64,000 bases of DNA from Octopus bimaculoides (GCF_001194135.2 NC_068984.1:49075505-49139504), one strand, 5' to 3'. Positions 40,742 through 54,959 are shown, numbered from the stretch's first letter. The notes: a model not told the origin generated them from the sequence alone. Translations and numbers: made by a program.

Positions 40742-43252
40742 TATTTTCATTCGATCCGTTTATTTCAAGTTAGGTCAAAACACTAATTTCTTATTAATTT
40801 TAGACCACTGAATACATGTTTCAATTAGTCTAATGAAGGTGTAGCTCGTGAGATTACTACATATATAGCTAATATATTTCGTCATATTTTCTTATGATAT
40901 TTTTTTTGTGTGTGTATGTGTGTTTCTGATTGTATTTTTCTTTTTCTACTGATGATCCCATTGAATTATAATTTATCTTAGATCACTACCCTTTGAACGG
41001 CACATCGAGAAATTATTTTTTTGTAACTAAACACTTTCAAACTTCGGGTATTAAGTGGTTGTATTAATGCTAACAGATTAGTGTTAGCCTGTGTCCAATC
41101 CTACACGTGGTAACAGAACCGCAGCTAAGTAAGCTTATTAAGAAATATATTATTGTATAGCAATATGTGCCGTTTTACGCGGAGAGAAAAGCTACATCTG
41201 AAGCACTGAAGGTGATTCGGCAGAACGATTAGTCGAGTTTGCCCAGCTTCAGAGTGGTTGATGCTACCACCGAAGTCTCGAAATAAAATGAGGCACAGAA
41301 GATTTCAATATGAATAGATCAGAAGGAGAATAAGTGCTGTAAAAATATTTCATTGGAAACGTTTGCCGTAATTTTTTATGCAGAACCTTACAGTATCGTC
41401 TACAGAATGTATCCCTTCTCCAGGCAAGTTTCGTGGAACGGTAGAATCCACTCACAGAATAGATGATATAATTTTGTCAATTTTATGTGGACATAAACCT
41501 GAAAGTAATTAAAATGCATATGATATTGGATGCGGTGTTTTCTAGGCAAGTATATCTCACCTGCACATTATGCTAATTAGAGAGTCTATAGCACCCAAGT
41601 GGGTTTGAGAAGTGTTACCTAATTAAAGGTAAAAATATCTTAGGCATGTTTTTACAGACGACATCTACTCTGAATAGTGGGTTAGATCATTTCATTTTTC
41701 TTTATTTGTGTGTCTTTGGGATTTTGAGCGGAAGGTCCTCCATATAGTCTGAGTTATCTCTATAGCAAGTTCGAGCTAGGTTTCATTGTGATGATATGTA
41801 GCTCTATTGAAGTTAACTGTGCCTGACAATTGAGATTCATTTAATTCAGATTAATAAATTTCTATCTATTGGTAGGGATTGTCAGAGATACCACTTTATA
41901 CATTCTATAGGGAAAGTAATACTTAATAAATTAATAGTCAATATTTAAACCAGCGCCTTCAGAATTTATCCATAGAGCCTCGAAATTGCCTGTCTGCTGT
42001 GTCTGTACAAGGCTAGCTATGAGGGATGTAAGATTTTCAAAACTATCCTTATTTTAAATACAAATCTCTTTTATAGTTTCTGATCGTGGTTGAAAGATAT
42101 TGATATGCGGTATAGAGGATGTGCACGGTTGTGAAGTTTTAAGGAGGAGTGCAGGCATGTAACACTTTTAGTCGATCGTGTGTATTTAGAGATAACAGTA
42201 ATATCACATGGATTATCCCAATGATACGCTAGTGATGTAGATAACGTGGTCACGTAGGATGTCCGTCCTGGAGCATTGCTTTATATTATTCGTCCGAGGT
42301 GCAGCAACTGTGTGCACCATTTTTAGGCCGTTAAGAGCATTTTCTAATGCATATGAATATCTGGATGATGTTAGTAAGTTAATGATCAATACTAAAACAT
42401 TCTCATTTTAGTATTTTCTTAGAAAATAATGTTAGAGATGCAATTATATGAGAAGAAAATCCTCTGAAGTATAAAGACTTTAAATTGTTTTGAATAGTAC
42501 GTGGAAGGAGAACCTAAGTGGATTTGATGCGTAAAGAAAGATTGAATATATCAAAAGTGTTTAAGCTGACCGCAATGGTATGCAGCTTGCAAGTTTTAGA
42601 AAAACGATACTGTGTTAGCAAATTCTGAAGACGCCGTGGAAGGCCAGATCTCAACGGCAGATAAATGTTTGGGGTATATTTATAATTGATAACTTACCTA
42701 ACAAATGAACGGTTTTCTTTCGGCTGAATGAAGTACTATCACTAGTGAAAGTCTTTGCTTAACCTATTCTTTCTAGAAAATATACTTCATTTGTAGATTC
42801 AAAAAAAGTTATATACAATGAAAACCTATATAACACCGTGAAGATAACCAGTATAGTGATGATTCAGTAAAAGCAGTTTGGAAACCACCTTTGTAACCCA
42901 TCTTAACATTCATGAGATAGTTTCGATGTGATAGGGGGGAAAAAAGAATTATTAAATATCCTGCTAAACTAGTGGAGATATTAAATATACATTTGACTTT
43001 GTTCTCCAAGTGTTACTTATCAAAGTTTTACTTCAAGTGTCCCAGTAAATAGTACAGTGAATCCCATCTACAACCTAATGTAATTCACTCTCAGTCGCAA
43101 GACTCTCTACCGCGATAAAAGAAGTAGGCGTACAGCCCAGTGTTTTATTCTTTCATTTTGTTTATTCCCCACCGACACCACTCTCTTATTTCCTCGTTGA
43201 ACTTGCTAGAGCTTGGTGTTCTGTGTATCATAAATAGTGAGCGAGAAGCAGC

Positions 43253-43293
<41 letters not shown>

Positions 43294-43431
43294 AGTAGAT
43301 AGACATTGAAAGCTATCCGTAGTTGTTATCTCACATGCATAACGTTGTTTTATGAACTCTTACACACGAAGACAGGCATACCTATATTTACATGTAATAT
43401 ATGGGCGTGCAAATATGTAGATGTCTGTACT

Positions 43432-43593
43432 GAAAACAGTGTGGCTGTGTGGTAAGTAGCTTGCTTACCAACCACAAGTTTCTGAGTTCAGTCCCACTGT
43501 GTGGCATCTTGGGCAAGTGTCTTCTGCTATAGCCTCGGATTGACCAAAACCGTGTGAGTGGATTTGGTAGACGGAAACTGAAAGAAGCGCCTC

Positions 43594-43656
<63 letters not shown>

Positions 43657-43830
43657 GTCCCCCAACCATCGCTTGAAAACCGATGTTCGTGTGTTTACGT
43701 CCCTGTAAATTGGCGATTCGGTAAGAGATACCGATAGAATAAGTCCTGGGGTGGATTTGTTCGACTAAAGGCGGTGCTCCAGCATGGCCGCAGTAAAATG
43801 ATTGAAACAAATAAAAGAATAAAAGAATAT
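43432..43830 (+). mobile_element. tRNA-derived SINE, family 3, with internal (AT)/(GT) microsatellite
   Basis: ggctgtgtggtaag...gagttcagtcccac head; 3' ggcggtgctccagcatggccgcagt...aaataaaagaataaaaga; homologous to 63745-64000 on the minus strand. Confidence 0.85.
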
Positions 43831-43849
43831 ATATTTATATATGTTGTTG

Positions 43850-45060
43850 TGTCGGGAGAGTCACTCTCTTTTAGTGTTTTATTATTTAACACACTCCTCG
43901 TTAAAGTTTCCACTCATTTACTTATTTATTTTCCCTAAAATTTTTGGTGCTATCTTGCAACATTTTAAATAGTTGTTGACTCTGTCCGTTATCCGAGCTG
44001 TGTTCTATTTTGGTCCCTACGATGTTGGCGGAGAATGGAGTGCTTTTTGTCATCATATTGTCTCAAATATACATTTAGTCTTTCCGCAATGCTCCTAGAT
44101 GTCTCTCCTATAATGTCATGTTCATGTCTTTACATGCACCTTCTATGCACCTTATGCTGTAGACTACATTTCTAGTTATACCGTTAATTCCAGGGTTACT
44201 TCTACATACTATGAAGTTATCATTGGGGCATATGGCATTCTTAAAGAGGTACTCCTACATAGCTGTGATCTGATGGAATTCCCTGGCTTTTCAATGATCT
44301 TAATGTTGAGTTCGGTCTCCTTCAAAGCTTTCCTAAATCTACGGGTTAGTTCTCCATTGGTTGTGACCTCTACAAACATCACGCCTTGATTTTTGTCGGT
44401 TTTGTACCACCTGTTCACTTTGTTTGATTTGTCACAAGCTCTTAGTATCCTATTCCAGTCTTTACTTCTATATCTAGAGCAGGTACCACTACATATAATT
44501 TTAACTAACTTCTTTCTAGCACCCCTGTATACTCGAACCCTATCTTTCTGATCATATCCAGAGAACTGTATGCGGTGCATGAAGTTCTGTATATGTGTTT
44601 TTTCGTTTCATAAGGTTTGCATAGTGGGGACACGTTGTTCATTATCCTAAGTTTTTATAAGTGTTAACTTTCATGTTGTGTGACAAAGCTGAGTCCTTGT
44701 GAACAGCGTATTTTGAAGTTATGGCTTTCAGCTAATAGGAGTAGAGGAGCTGCACACTGTTGTTCACAGTCTATAACTAAAGTTCAGTATCAAGGACGGG
44801 AAGTCTTTTGTTGGAGTGCCTAGTGGGGTAATCTATTGTTACCTTGATACTTTGGTAGATGGAGTTAGCTACTTGCTGGATGCTCTCCATTATGTTCCTC
44901 TCGGTTTCTAAATTACCATCACTAGAGTTGGTCTTAACTAGTATATTACTGTCGTCTACATACCTACTGTAAAGTCAAAGAGTTGTTGACTGTTCTGTGT
45001 AGGACTGCCCAGTTTTGAAGCCACTGTTGCATAACACTGCTTGTTGGAACACATCATACG
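43850..45060 (-). mobile_element. Penelope-like element fragment: RT C-terminus, linker, GIY-YIG
   Basis: YSRYVDDSNI, IKVTIDYPT...RLPVLD, MHRIQFSGY...YRSKDW...WYK...VMFV, RNVVYSIRC...(Y)IGETSRSIAERL. Confidence 0.85.
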
Positions 45061-45540
45061 AATGTCTCAAACGCGCCTCCCCTGCAAATCTTGTTTGCAG
45101 AATCGGCCTCAGACACCAGTCCGAGCGGTGCCCCCAAATTTCGTTTTGGAGAACAACTCAAGGCCACTCCCTTCTGCTGCTGTATTGACCCAAATTTCTT
45201 AGAGACAATCACCAAGGACTGCCCAAAGTGACAGCATGTTTTAGTCAGCTAGAATGAAAATACTAGATGTCAAATGGCAATCATCAGTCGTCGAAGACAC
45301 AGGGTCACGTGTACTTCCTTCATCGTCTCCTTGACGATAAATGTCCTCAGCGCTTCAGTATAGCCCTTGTCCTGAACAACCACCTCAGGCATCGGTATCC
45401 TTCGCACACATCCAGATAAAGAGACTCAATCACTGTCTACGGATCTACTATCCGGATACGGATTAACGCCGACGACGATGTATGTATATACGAAGGCATG
45501 TATAGATTTGTCTTAGTCGTATGCGTTTACTTTTGTTTCC

Positions 45541-45658
45541 TATATAAAAGTACGTTCGAGCGGCAACTTAATGCGGCGTAATTAAGTGTTTCCTTTTATC
45601 CAAGATGGCGCCGAGGCATTACTATTACATTACCTAGTCGCATCAACTGCTCGTAAGA
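45541..45658 (+). promoter_or_regulatory. Candidate TATA box, YY1-like motif and splice donor
   Basis: TATATAAAAG at 45541, CAAGATGGCGCC at 45601-45612, GTAAGA at 45653 in a locally CpG-rich patch; motif evidence only. Confidence 0.25.
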
Positions 45659-46304
45659 TTTGAAATCCCAAGTGAAATTTAATAATTTTTATACGAAGTT
45701 GAAAACTCTACTTGGCTAAGTGGTGGAAATCTTGCAGCGAAATTTAACAAAATTTGTGGACATTCTCACGTATAATTAGAAAATTAACTAATTAGAAAAA
45801 TAATTAGCTAAAATAATTATCAATACTAATAATAATGAGGAAACTATAATGTTTATGAAAAATAATAGTTAATGATAGTTGGCAAAATAATAATATCAGC
45901 ATAGTTCTTGTAGTGACTATATATTTCGTTATCAAACTTCATTCCAGAATCTAGTATGTTAACTTACCCTGAAATACACATTACAGAAAAAAATACACAA
46001 AGAATGTACAGAGAAATGTATGTTTCAAGTAATTAAACGTTCCCTTGGTTTCCTAAGTATAAATTGGCAGTAGATTTTATTATAGAAGATAAAAGAACTC
46101 TTTTACACCGTACAAATTAAGTATACTTATGTCTACGCCGGGTTAAATTGTCAACTGGCCACAGATTTATGACAGAGAAGTTCTGACATTAATTTTCGTT
46201 TTAATATAGACACAAATAGTATATACATACATACCTCTACTTGTAATAGATAAACATATACGCAGACATACATTATGCATAAATGCACGTGTCTGCAATT
46301 TATG

Positions 46305-46347
<43 letters not shown>

Positions 46348-46443
46348 TAATAGTAATGGTATGACAACAAAAGAATGGATGAGACCTCGATATTATGTAA
46401 ATAGAGGAATATATCTGTAATACAATATGTGACAATTATTCGG

Positions 46444-46518
46444 TTGACCTAATAAAATTCCGAGTTTCGGATGTCGGCGCGGAAATCTGCTCCGGCATCT
46501 CATCAGTTATTAAGGCAA
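46444..46518 (-). ncRNA. Degenerate type I hammerhead ribozyme in a solo PLE-like terminal fragment
   Basis: ttgccttaataa-CTGATGA-gatgccgg..ccgacatc-c-GAAA-ctcggaa-TT-ttattaggtcaa; stems I and II pair, stem III has a mismatch. Confidence 0.6.
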
Positions 46519-46689
46519 TCAGAAAACGCTATGAAAATGACCGTTAAACAAAGGGAAATTACTATGTAATTGACTAATTGACCGTTATTAAGACAAAAGA
46601 GCTATTAGAATGACCGTTAAATACGGGAAAAAAACCGAAGAGGAGAAAGTAAAAATGTAGAAAAGTAAAAATGCTCATAGAAGTCGCGT

Positions 46690-47150
46690 ATCCGTGCATG
46701 TACATACATACACATGCGCGCACGCACACCCATGAAAATGTGTCTATATGCATATGTACACTCACACACGCGTGAAACACATACATGTACACCCACACAT
46801 ACGCCTATATACGCACATATATATGCAACCATAAATGTACACATATACATATCCATACACACACACGCGCGCGCACACACGTGCACATACGTATAAGCGT
46901 ACAATTATATTCAAATACACATTTAAATACGCACATGCTATATATGCATATACTCACTCACACTCGCGTGAAAGACATGCATGTACACCCACATATATAT
47001 ATATATATGCAACCATACACATGTGTATATACATGTACATACATACCCGCACATACGCAAACACATACACACACGTATATATATCCATACGCGCATAAAT
47101 ATGTTCATATACACGTCTATATACGCACATACACAAGAAAAATGCCGGCT
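46690..47150. repeat. Degenerate (CA/TA)n tract with internal duplication
   Basis: cacacgcgtgaaacacatacatgtacacccac recurs as cactcgcgtgaaagacatgcatgtacacccac about 210 bp downstream. Confidence 0.75.
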
Positions 47151-47462
47151 GAAAGGTAAAATACAGAAAAAATATGTAGAAATATATAAGGCAATAAAAA
47201 TATATAAAAATACATATATATAAGATATAGAGATAAAATGCTTGTACGTGGACACAATATAAAAAACAGGTTCTATCTGTGATCTTGGTGGGGACCAAAA
47301 ACGTAACAAATATTTAGCCATATGTGGACATGACCCAAAATGTTCAGTTCTTGGAAAGATGGCTCATCTGGAAAAGCAGCTTAGACTCTGCTACATTTCT
47401 AAATTCAATAACTGAACATTTTGGATCATATCCACATATGGCTAAATATATATATATATATA

Positions 47463-47504
<42 letters not shown>

Positions 47505-48742
47505 AGTAATTCAGCGTTACTCATTCTACTAATGTTGCTAATGTTTTAAATTAATTGTGGGATAGTTGAAATATATATCAATGTCTTTAATATTTAAAAA
47601 CGAGTGAAGAAAAGCACTCAACGCATATTGTAGAACTTACCTTACGTAAGCATATGGGTTAACATTTTGTTTTTGTTCGACATTATTTAAAGTTTTTATG
47701 GTGTGATAGTCTAACTTATTATGAAAGGAGCAGTTTAACACAGTAAAGAGTGGTTGCATTTAGTAATTACCGAATGTCGCTGAATAGTTAAGTAACATTT
47801 CGCGATTACAAATCTTTCGTCGTAGAAAACTTGAAACGTTTGAAAATTTAAAAGAACGTAAGAGGAAAATGTTAACAAGACTGTAACTGACAAGGTCGTT
47901 AACCTTCAGTATTATCCTTGTGGCGAAAAGCAAATATAAATGTCTGTCGAGACGTATATCTATGTATTTTACAAATGATTAAATTTATCATATTATTGTG
48001 TATACTATTTCAACTATGACATCGACAAAACATATTTTACAGGGTATCTGTTAATATATTAGGTAATAAGGCTGGTGGATTGATGATATCGTTAGTGCCT
48101 TGCGCAATTCTTCCTAATCTTTACTCCTGCGTTAATAATGCTGCTGAAGTCACCATCGTCTTTCCTCCGGAATTGCTAAAATAAGGTACCAATCTACAAC
48201 TACGAGTGATGTAATCAACTAACATCTCTCATCAAAATTCTTGTCCTTCTACTTAAACTAAACACAATATGTTTATGTAACTACATTAAATCTCATTTTT
48301 CAAGTATTTCTAGGCTCTACGCTTACAAGATAAGAGATTGGACGTTTGCCATTTAAATTCTTGTAATAACACGTTATGTCATGTAGTTTCATTTATTGTC
48401 TAAATTCCATCTCTATTCCATCTTCTGGGATAAAATATTGTGATGTTTGTGACATAAAGAATTATTAGACTAGTAGAAAGGACTGAAATAGCATCATGAT
48501 CTCAGGACATAAGTAATATTTTGTACCATTTTAGGGCTCTACAGAAATAGAATATCTTTTTTATAATAAGTTAACACTTTGCTGTCCAAAGCTATGTTTA
48601 AGATGTTGCTAATAACTTGACTTCTTCAACAGTCAACAGCTACTAATAGTACTCTGTGATAACTTCTGCACATAACTGTTCTAAATTATAATTCTCAGAG
48701 TTCTACAGTAATTTATATTTCCTGATCATTGCGGCAAACAAC

Positions 48743-48744
<2 letters not shown>

Positions 48745-48781
<37 letters not shown>

Positions 48782-48945
48782 TCTGTATTATTGTGTGTGC
48801 ATGTTATCGTGTGTGTATGTTATTGTGTGTGGTGTGTGGTGCGTGTGGTGTGTGTGTTATTGTGTGTGTAGTGTGTGTGTGTTATTTGTGTGGTGTGTGT
48901 GTGTTATTGTGTGATGTGTGTGTGTTTGTGTGTGTGTGTGTGATT
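48745..48945. repeat. Degenerate (GT)n microsatellite
   Basis: GT-dominated tract. Confidence 0.9.
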
Positions 48946-51900
48946 GTGCATGCATAAAATTCTATTATATATCCTTGTCGTAAATGTAACCCGTTTAAGA
49001 ACAATTGTTACTCACAATGACATAGGATTAGTCTAATGTACTACATGTTTTGTATTTCATTTTGCTCGTGATTTTCTTCTGGCAGGATCAGTTGTTTCTT
49101 ATATTGTTTGGCTCTTTAATGTTAAATGGCAGAAAATATCTGTTATAAGTTTTTTTAGCTGTTTGTTTTTTTTCTTTTTCTAATTCTGAATGCTTACATT
49201 TTCTATGTATTTTTCCACTGCCTATAAATATTCTGAAACAGAAAATTAGCTGTTAGGTCACTAATGATGACTTCGTATTCCAGTACAAAGTTAAGGAAAA
49301 CTTATTGAACCCATGTCTTTCTGCGTTTGGAAATTGATGAATATCTAAAGCAAGATAAGTGAAGATGAATGTTGATCATGTTTACAAATTTGACTCACTT
49401 GCAGATCTTCGAGACTCTTGTACACTTTTTGAAAACAATGAGCTATTATTCATTGCGATATTGCAAAAATTCTATAGAATTCATTTTTTTTTTTGTAGTG
49501 ATCATAACCAAAACATTGTCCGACAATGGATTAAACTCAGTATGGCAGGCTCAGTAAAAACACATCTATTGGCAGTATTGCTGGGCCATTTGAGATCTAA
49601 GAGCATTACTCATTGGCAGTGACAGGTTACGAACTTTCAGCCTCCGCTATCAGCGAGTTACAGATTTATCGACCTTGCTATCTTTATTCTCAGTCTTTGT
49701 TATAGACCGAAATAAATCAATGAAACAATCAAAGACTGTGAATTATTAGATGATAAAGGCAACGAAATAATAAAACCTCAAGAGGTTTTTCAGTTGTTAT
49801 TTTGTCATCAGATAGCAGGCTTGGTTTGAAGAATACAGATTTGTTGTTTCTTCTTTTTCTTTTTCTCAATACAAATAAATTCAATATTCAATCAATTAAG
49901 ATTCTCTTAGAACAGATGTAAATAAATCAACTTGTATTCGATGCTATCAAGGCTCGAAAGAAACATTAAAGAAACAAAAAAATTAATCCTTGTCAAATAT
50001 GAAAAGATACAGTAACACAAAGGAAAAATATAAACAAATGAAAGCAAAGTGGTTCGAAGGTGAAATTTTCATCAAAGTCTAACATAATATTTTTTTAAAT
50101 ATCAAGCAAACAAGAGAAGCGTTGGGTAGGATAGAAAGTAAGAGGAGTGATGATACAGAAATAAAGAGAGAAAGAGAGAGAGAAGATGGGGTCGAAGGAG
50201 CGAGAACTCAGACAGGTTCCAATAAATATATATTGACTAAAGAAATTAATTCATTGCATTAGATTATACATTAAATATTGCATTGAGTGTCGTTTGAAAC
50301 CAAAACATCAAGTGCAATAAATGAGGTAAAGATCATCGAAATAAACAAAAATAAATTAATATAAAATAGAAATAAATAATTTATAAAATAAAAAAACACA
50401 TCAACGTTCTCACTGGAAGTGTACAATTTTTCTTTGCCATTTCTAATTTTGGTTTTGTATTTGTTCTTTAGTATTTCTCATGCTTTTTAACCCGCAATAT
50501 TCAATGAAGTCAGCCAATGTCAACATGACCTAATCAATGAAGCTAGAAAAACGCCAAGCAGAAGTTAAAGACACTACATTGCATTGCGATCTGAGTACTG
50601 GACTAAGCTGAATAATTGATTTTTAGTGGTGGGGTAGCTTAGGCACCGAAATTCTTTTTCAGTAAGGCAATTTGCTTTATAGTTAAGTGACTTATGCTAA
50701 TAGGCCACCTCTCCGAGGGGTCTATTAGTAAAAGCTACCGAACAACTAATTAAGCGTGTTATACTATTCAATTTTTCATAGCACTTATGTCACTAATGAT
50801 CACAAAATGAACATGAATATTATGACTGTTAATTCTCCCTCTGTTTACTATATAACCTTAGAAAAAAATGAGGTAATATTTAATTTCGTTTCCATATGTT
50901 CAAAGTTCAAGTTCCGTACTGTACGTTAACTTTTACTTTGTCTACGGTAAGTAACAATAAGAGCAGTATAGTAAAGCTGATTCAGTCTGCCCTCCTCTTT
51001 CTATTAAAATTTCATTTGGAGCTTTAAAACTATCAGTATTTTGACCACACTAGTACATTCCTTTATGATATATATCTGTAAATGCTCTTTGTTAATTTTT
51101 CTATGGTTTACATTCTATTTCGAATCGTATCATCTTTCTTTTCATCCTTCTGATCAGGAAAATATATTTTCAGGGATTAATTGTTATTTGTGTCGAACAG
51201 TCACCCAAATGACCAATCAGCTAATAAAGATATAATAGGTAATCATATAAATTGAATTATTTCTTTCTTTAGTACAATACAAAATAAAATGAACTGGCCA
51301 ATGAAAGACGTGATTTTGTGGTTAAGTAGGTAAAAATCTACAAATATGGTTCTGAGTTCAATTGGGTTATTCAATAAGTTTTGGAGTAGAATATATTAGC
51401 AAGAATCTGCTCACATTTTGACTATAACCATAAATATGTATATTCACTTAAGACAATATTTATGCATACATTTGTGGGGAAAACGATGTAGTTTATATTC
51501 GTATTATCATATTTTTATGTCCTATAAATAAGTTGTTCTGCAAGAGAAAATTTTCCTGGCTAAAAGATGAATGAAACACTCGGAGAATCTATCCCAGGAT
51601 AACCACAGTGTAATGAAAAAAATCAGTAAAATATTATGATTAATTATTGATATTTTTTTTTATCTCAGCAACTGAGAGGGATAACTTAAATATTTCTCTG
51701 ATAATTGTATCACTCAGTAAATATACAAAGTTGTATTGCCGAATGTTTTCAGAAAGGTGAGGTTTGGATGAAATATTAAACAATATTCGAGCAGTTACTG
51801 GATTGGTACAATCACCAAGAACCATGTTTCTAGCATGTTCATGGCTGCCATAGAGTAATAATATGCTTACAGCAGGCCAATCTTACAAAAGGGTATCTGT

Positions 51901-52015
51901 CTCTTATGAATTGCAAATGCGTTGGCTGAAACTATAAACATCATAAATTTCATCACTCTTCCACATTCGGTCGGTGTGGAGAGTATGAAAGTCAATGTTG
52001 TGTGCAAGATACGCA

Positions 52016-52281
52016 AGCAGCAGCAATAGCAGCAATAGCAGCAAAAGCAGCAGCACCGGCAGCAGCGGAGACGGCGGCAGCAGAGGCGGCGGTAGCGGTA
52101 GCGGCGGCAGCGGCAGCAGTGGCAGCGACAGCAGTGGCGGTGGCAGCGGTGGCAGCGGTAGCAGCGGCAGCGGTGGCAGTGGTGGCAGCGGTGGAAGGGG
52201 CAGTTGTGGCAGCGGCAGCGGTGGCAGCGGTGGCAGCAGTAGCATCAAAAGCAGCAGCAGCACCAGCAGTAGTAGTAGTAA

Positions 52282-52326
<45 letters not shown>

Positions 52327-52365
52327 CAGTAGCAGTAGCAGCAGCAGTAGCAGTAGCAGTAGTAG
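52016..52365. repeat. GC-rich compound trinucleotide repeat (GCA/GCG/GTG then GTA)
   Basis: In-phase triplets giving poly-Ala, Gly/Ser or Pro/Leu ORFs. Confidence 0.9.
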
Positions 52366-52518
52366 TACTTCTTCTTAAGACACGAAACTATGGTGAAAAG
52401 TATTGCCATTAAAACCTGCATTTCTTTTGCATATCCACGACTCATGTACATATGTACTTTCTTTAGGGCGTCATCGAAAGTGACAGAGAGAGAAAGAGAG
52501 AGAGAGAGAGAGAAAGAG

Positions 52519-52549
<31 letters not shown>

Positions 52550-52899
52550 TAAAGAGAGAGAAAGAGAGATGGCCGTTATTTTTGGCATGTCGAGTGACCA
52601 TGTAGATCTATGAAGACGAGAAAAAAAATCACTTCGTTATTTATCCAGAGACCTCAAAGTTTTACTCGCTAATTTACTGTGTACTGTTTACTAGTTACTA
52701 TTTATTTACTAATTTTGTTAATGCTAGCTAGCGGTGTGGATAAGATATTGGACTACCAGCTCATAAATCGCCGCTAGTCATTCTGTTTCTGGCTTTAACA
52801 CTATATTTTGCATTGCCTCAGTTCATCTAACATTCATCTGGGAACGTTGCCTACGATAACCACAAGATTCATATTTCATTCGTTTTACACCATTCATAT

Positions 52900-52938
<39 letters not shown>

Positions 52939-54594
52939 NNNNNNNNNNNNNNNNNNNNNNNNNNNNNNNNNNNNNNNNNNNNNNNNNNNNNNNNNNNNNN
53001 NNNNNNNNNNNNNNNNNNNNNNNNNNNNNNNNNNNNNNNNNNNNNNNNNNNNNNNNNNNNNNNNNNNNNNNNNNNNNNNNNNNNNNNNNNNNNNNNNNNN
53101 NNNNNNNNNNNNNNNNNNNNNNNNNNNNNNNNNNNNNNNNNNNNNNNNNNNNNNNNNNNNNNNNNNNNNNNNNNNNNNNNNNNNNNNNNNNNNNNNNNNN
53201 NNNNNNNNNNNNNNNNNNNNNNNNNNNNNNNNNNNNNNNNNNNNNNNNNNNNNNNNNNNNNNNNNNNNNNNNNNNNNNNNNNNNNNNNNNNNNNNNNNNN
53301 NNNNNNNNNNNNNNNNNNNNNNNNNNNNNNNNNNNNNNNNNNNNNNNNNNNNNNNNNNNNNNNNNNNNNNNNNNNNNNNNNNNNNNNNNNNNNNNNNNNN
53401 NNNNNNNNNNNNNNNNNNNNNNNNNNNNNNNNNNNNNNNNNNNNNNNNNNNNNNNNNNNNNNNNNNNNNNNNNNNNNNNNNNNNNNNNNNNNNNNNNNNN
53501 NNNNNNNNNNNNNNNNNNNNNNNNNNNNNNNNNNNNNNNNNNNNNNNNNNNNNNNNNNNNNNNNNNNNNNNNNNNNNNNNNNNNNNNNNNNNNNNNNNNN
53601 NNNNNNNNNNNNNNNNNNNNNNNNNNNNNNNNNNNNNNNNNNNNNNNNNNNNNNNNNNNNNNNNNNNNNNNNNNNNNNNNNNNNNNNNNNNNNNNNNNNN
53701 NNNNNNNNNATATATATACATATATATATATGTGTGTATGTATGTATGTATGTATGTATGTACGTATGTATGTATGTATGTATGTGTGTTTGTGTGAGTG
53801 TGTCTGCATGAATGTATGTATGTATGTATGCATGTACGTATGTATGCAGGCATACATGTATGTATGCTTGTTCTTCCCAAATAACTGCGTTATGAAGATA
53901 TGAGTACTTACTGAATTATCTATCATTAGCCTGCAGAAATGCTTATTCTCTTATTGAACTTTGTTGGAGAGTTTTGAGTTTCTTATTTTCTTATTTTCTT
54001 GTTTTCTTTTAAAAGTAAATGCAAAATAGTGTGCACCGTTTATTCCCCAGCCTAATTCGCTGCCACCTCGATTTTTGTGTGCTATTTTCTATTTACTAAA
54101 TTTCTATTAAGCTCTTAATGCGAGACTTAACATTGCAATTGAATGTGACTTAATTTATTACAATTGCAACGACAACGACGTGAAACAAACGAAAATTACT
54201 TGGTGCAACTAATGCTCTTATAAGTGTGCATTCGTCTGCAGTTACGATGAGGCGAGCAGACAAATGTCATTACAACATGACGTTGTTGGCAATAGTTTTG
54301 ATAACAATTATTTCACAAGCTGTGTGACCTACCAGCTTACTGGAATGCTTACTCACAAATGAAATTTATAGCAGTGTAGTAACTGAAATGAGGGCACAAT
54401 TGAAAAACAATGTCATATAGTTTGTGTGAACAGCACAGCGTTAATGCAACTGGCAAGTTGATTCAAGTCGGCGACACCAATACCACTTTACATATAACTC
54501 GCGAGTGCAAGGATGACTGGTGTCGGTTTTGCTATAAACAATTCTTTATGCATTATATATCAAATAAATACTAAAACAAGTTTATGCATCGGGG

Positions 54595-54770
54595 CATGGT
54601 TAAGAAGTATGGTCCAGTGTTGGACCCACAACGCGCTTACTCGAGCGAATTTCTTGTAGCAATGCTCCCAAGTGAAATTTAGTAGATGGAACTTGTTATG
54701 TATCTAGGCGTGGGTGTGTGGTAAGTTGCTTGCTTACCAACCACATGGTTCCAGGTTCAGTCCCACTGTA
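54595..54770 (+). mobile_element. SINE family 3 fragments (old degenerate piece plus a head)
   Basis: ggcgtgggtgtgtggtaagttgcttgcttaccaaccacatggttccaggttcagtcccactg matches the 43432 head; upstream tagtagatggaact resembles its body. Confidence 0.65.
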
Positions 54771-54959
54771 ACGTAATAGTTTGGAAACAAACAATTTGTT
54801 TCATATCTAGTGTGAATTAAATATTTCTTCAGTTTTTCTAAACAACAACTTTCTCTGCAAACAATGTTTTTTTTTTTAAATACAAGAACGCCGTTAATAG
54901 TTCATGAAATATTCCTCTTAAAAAAATTATGGCCGGACGAGTTGTCTTCCTTCGCTTGG

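Noticed and set aside
25253-53926. Long ORFs of 130-430 aa spanning N gaps
   Set aside because: They stay open only because of N runs and flanking (TA)n/(CA)n repeats.
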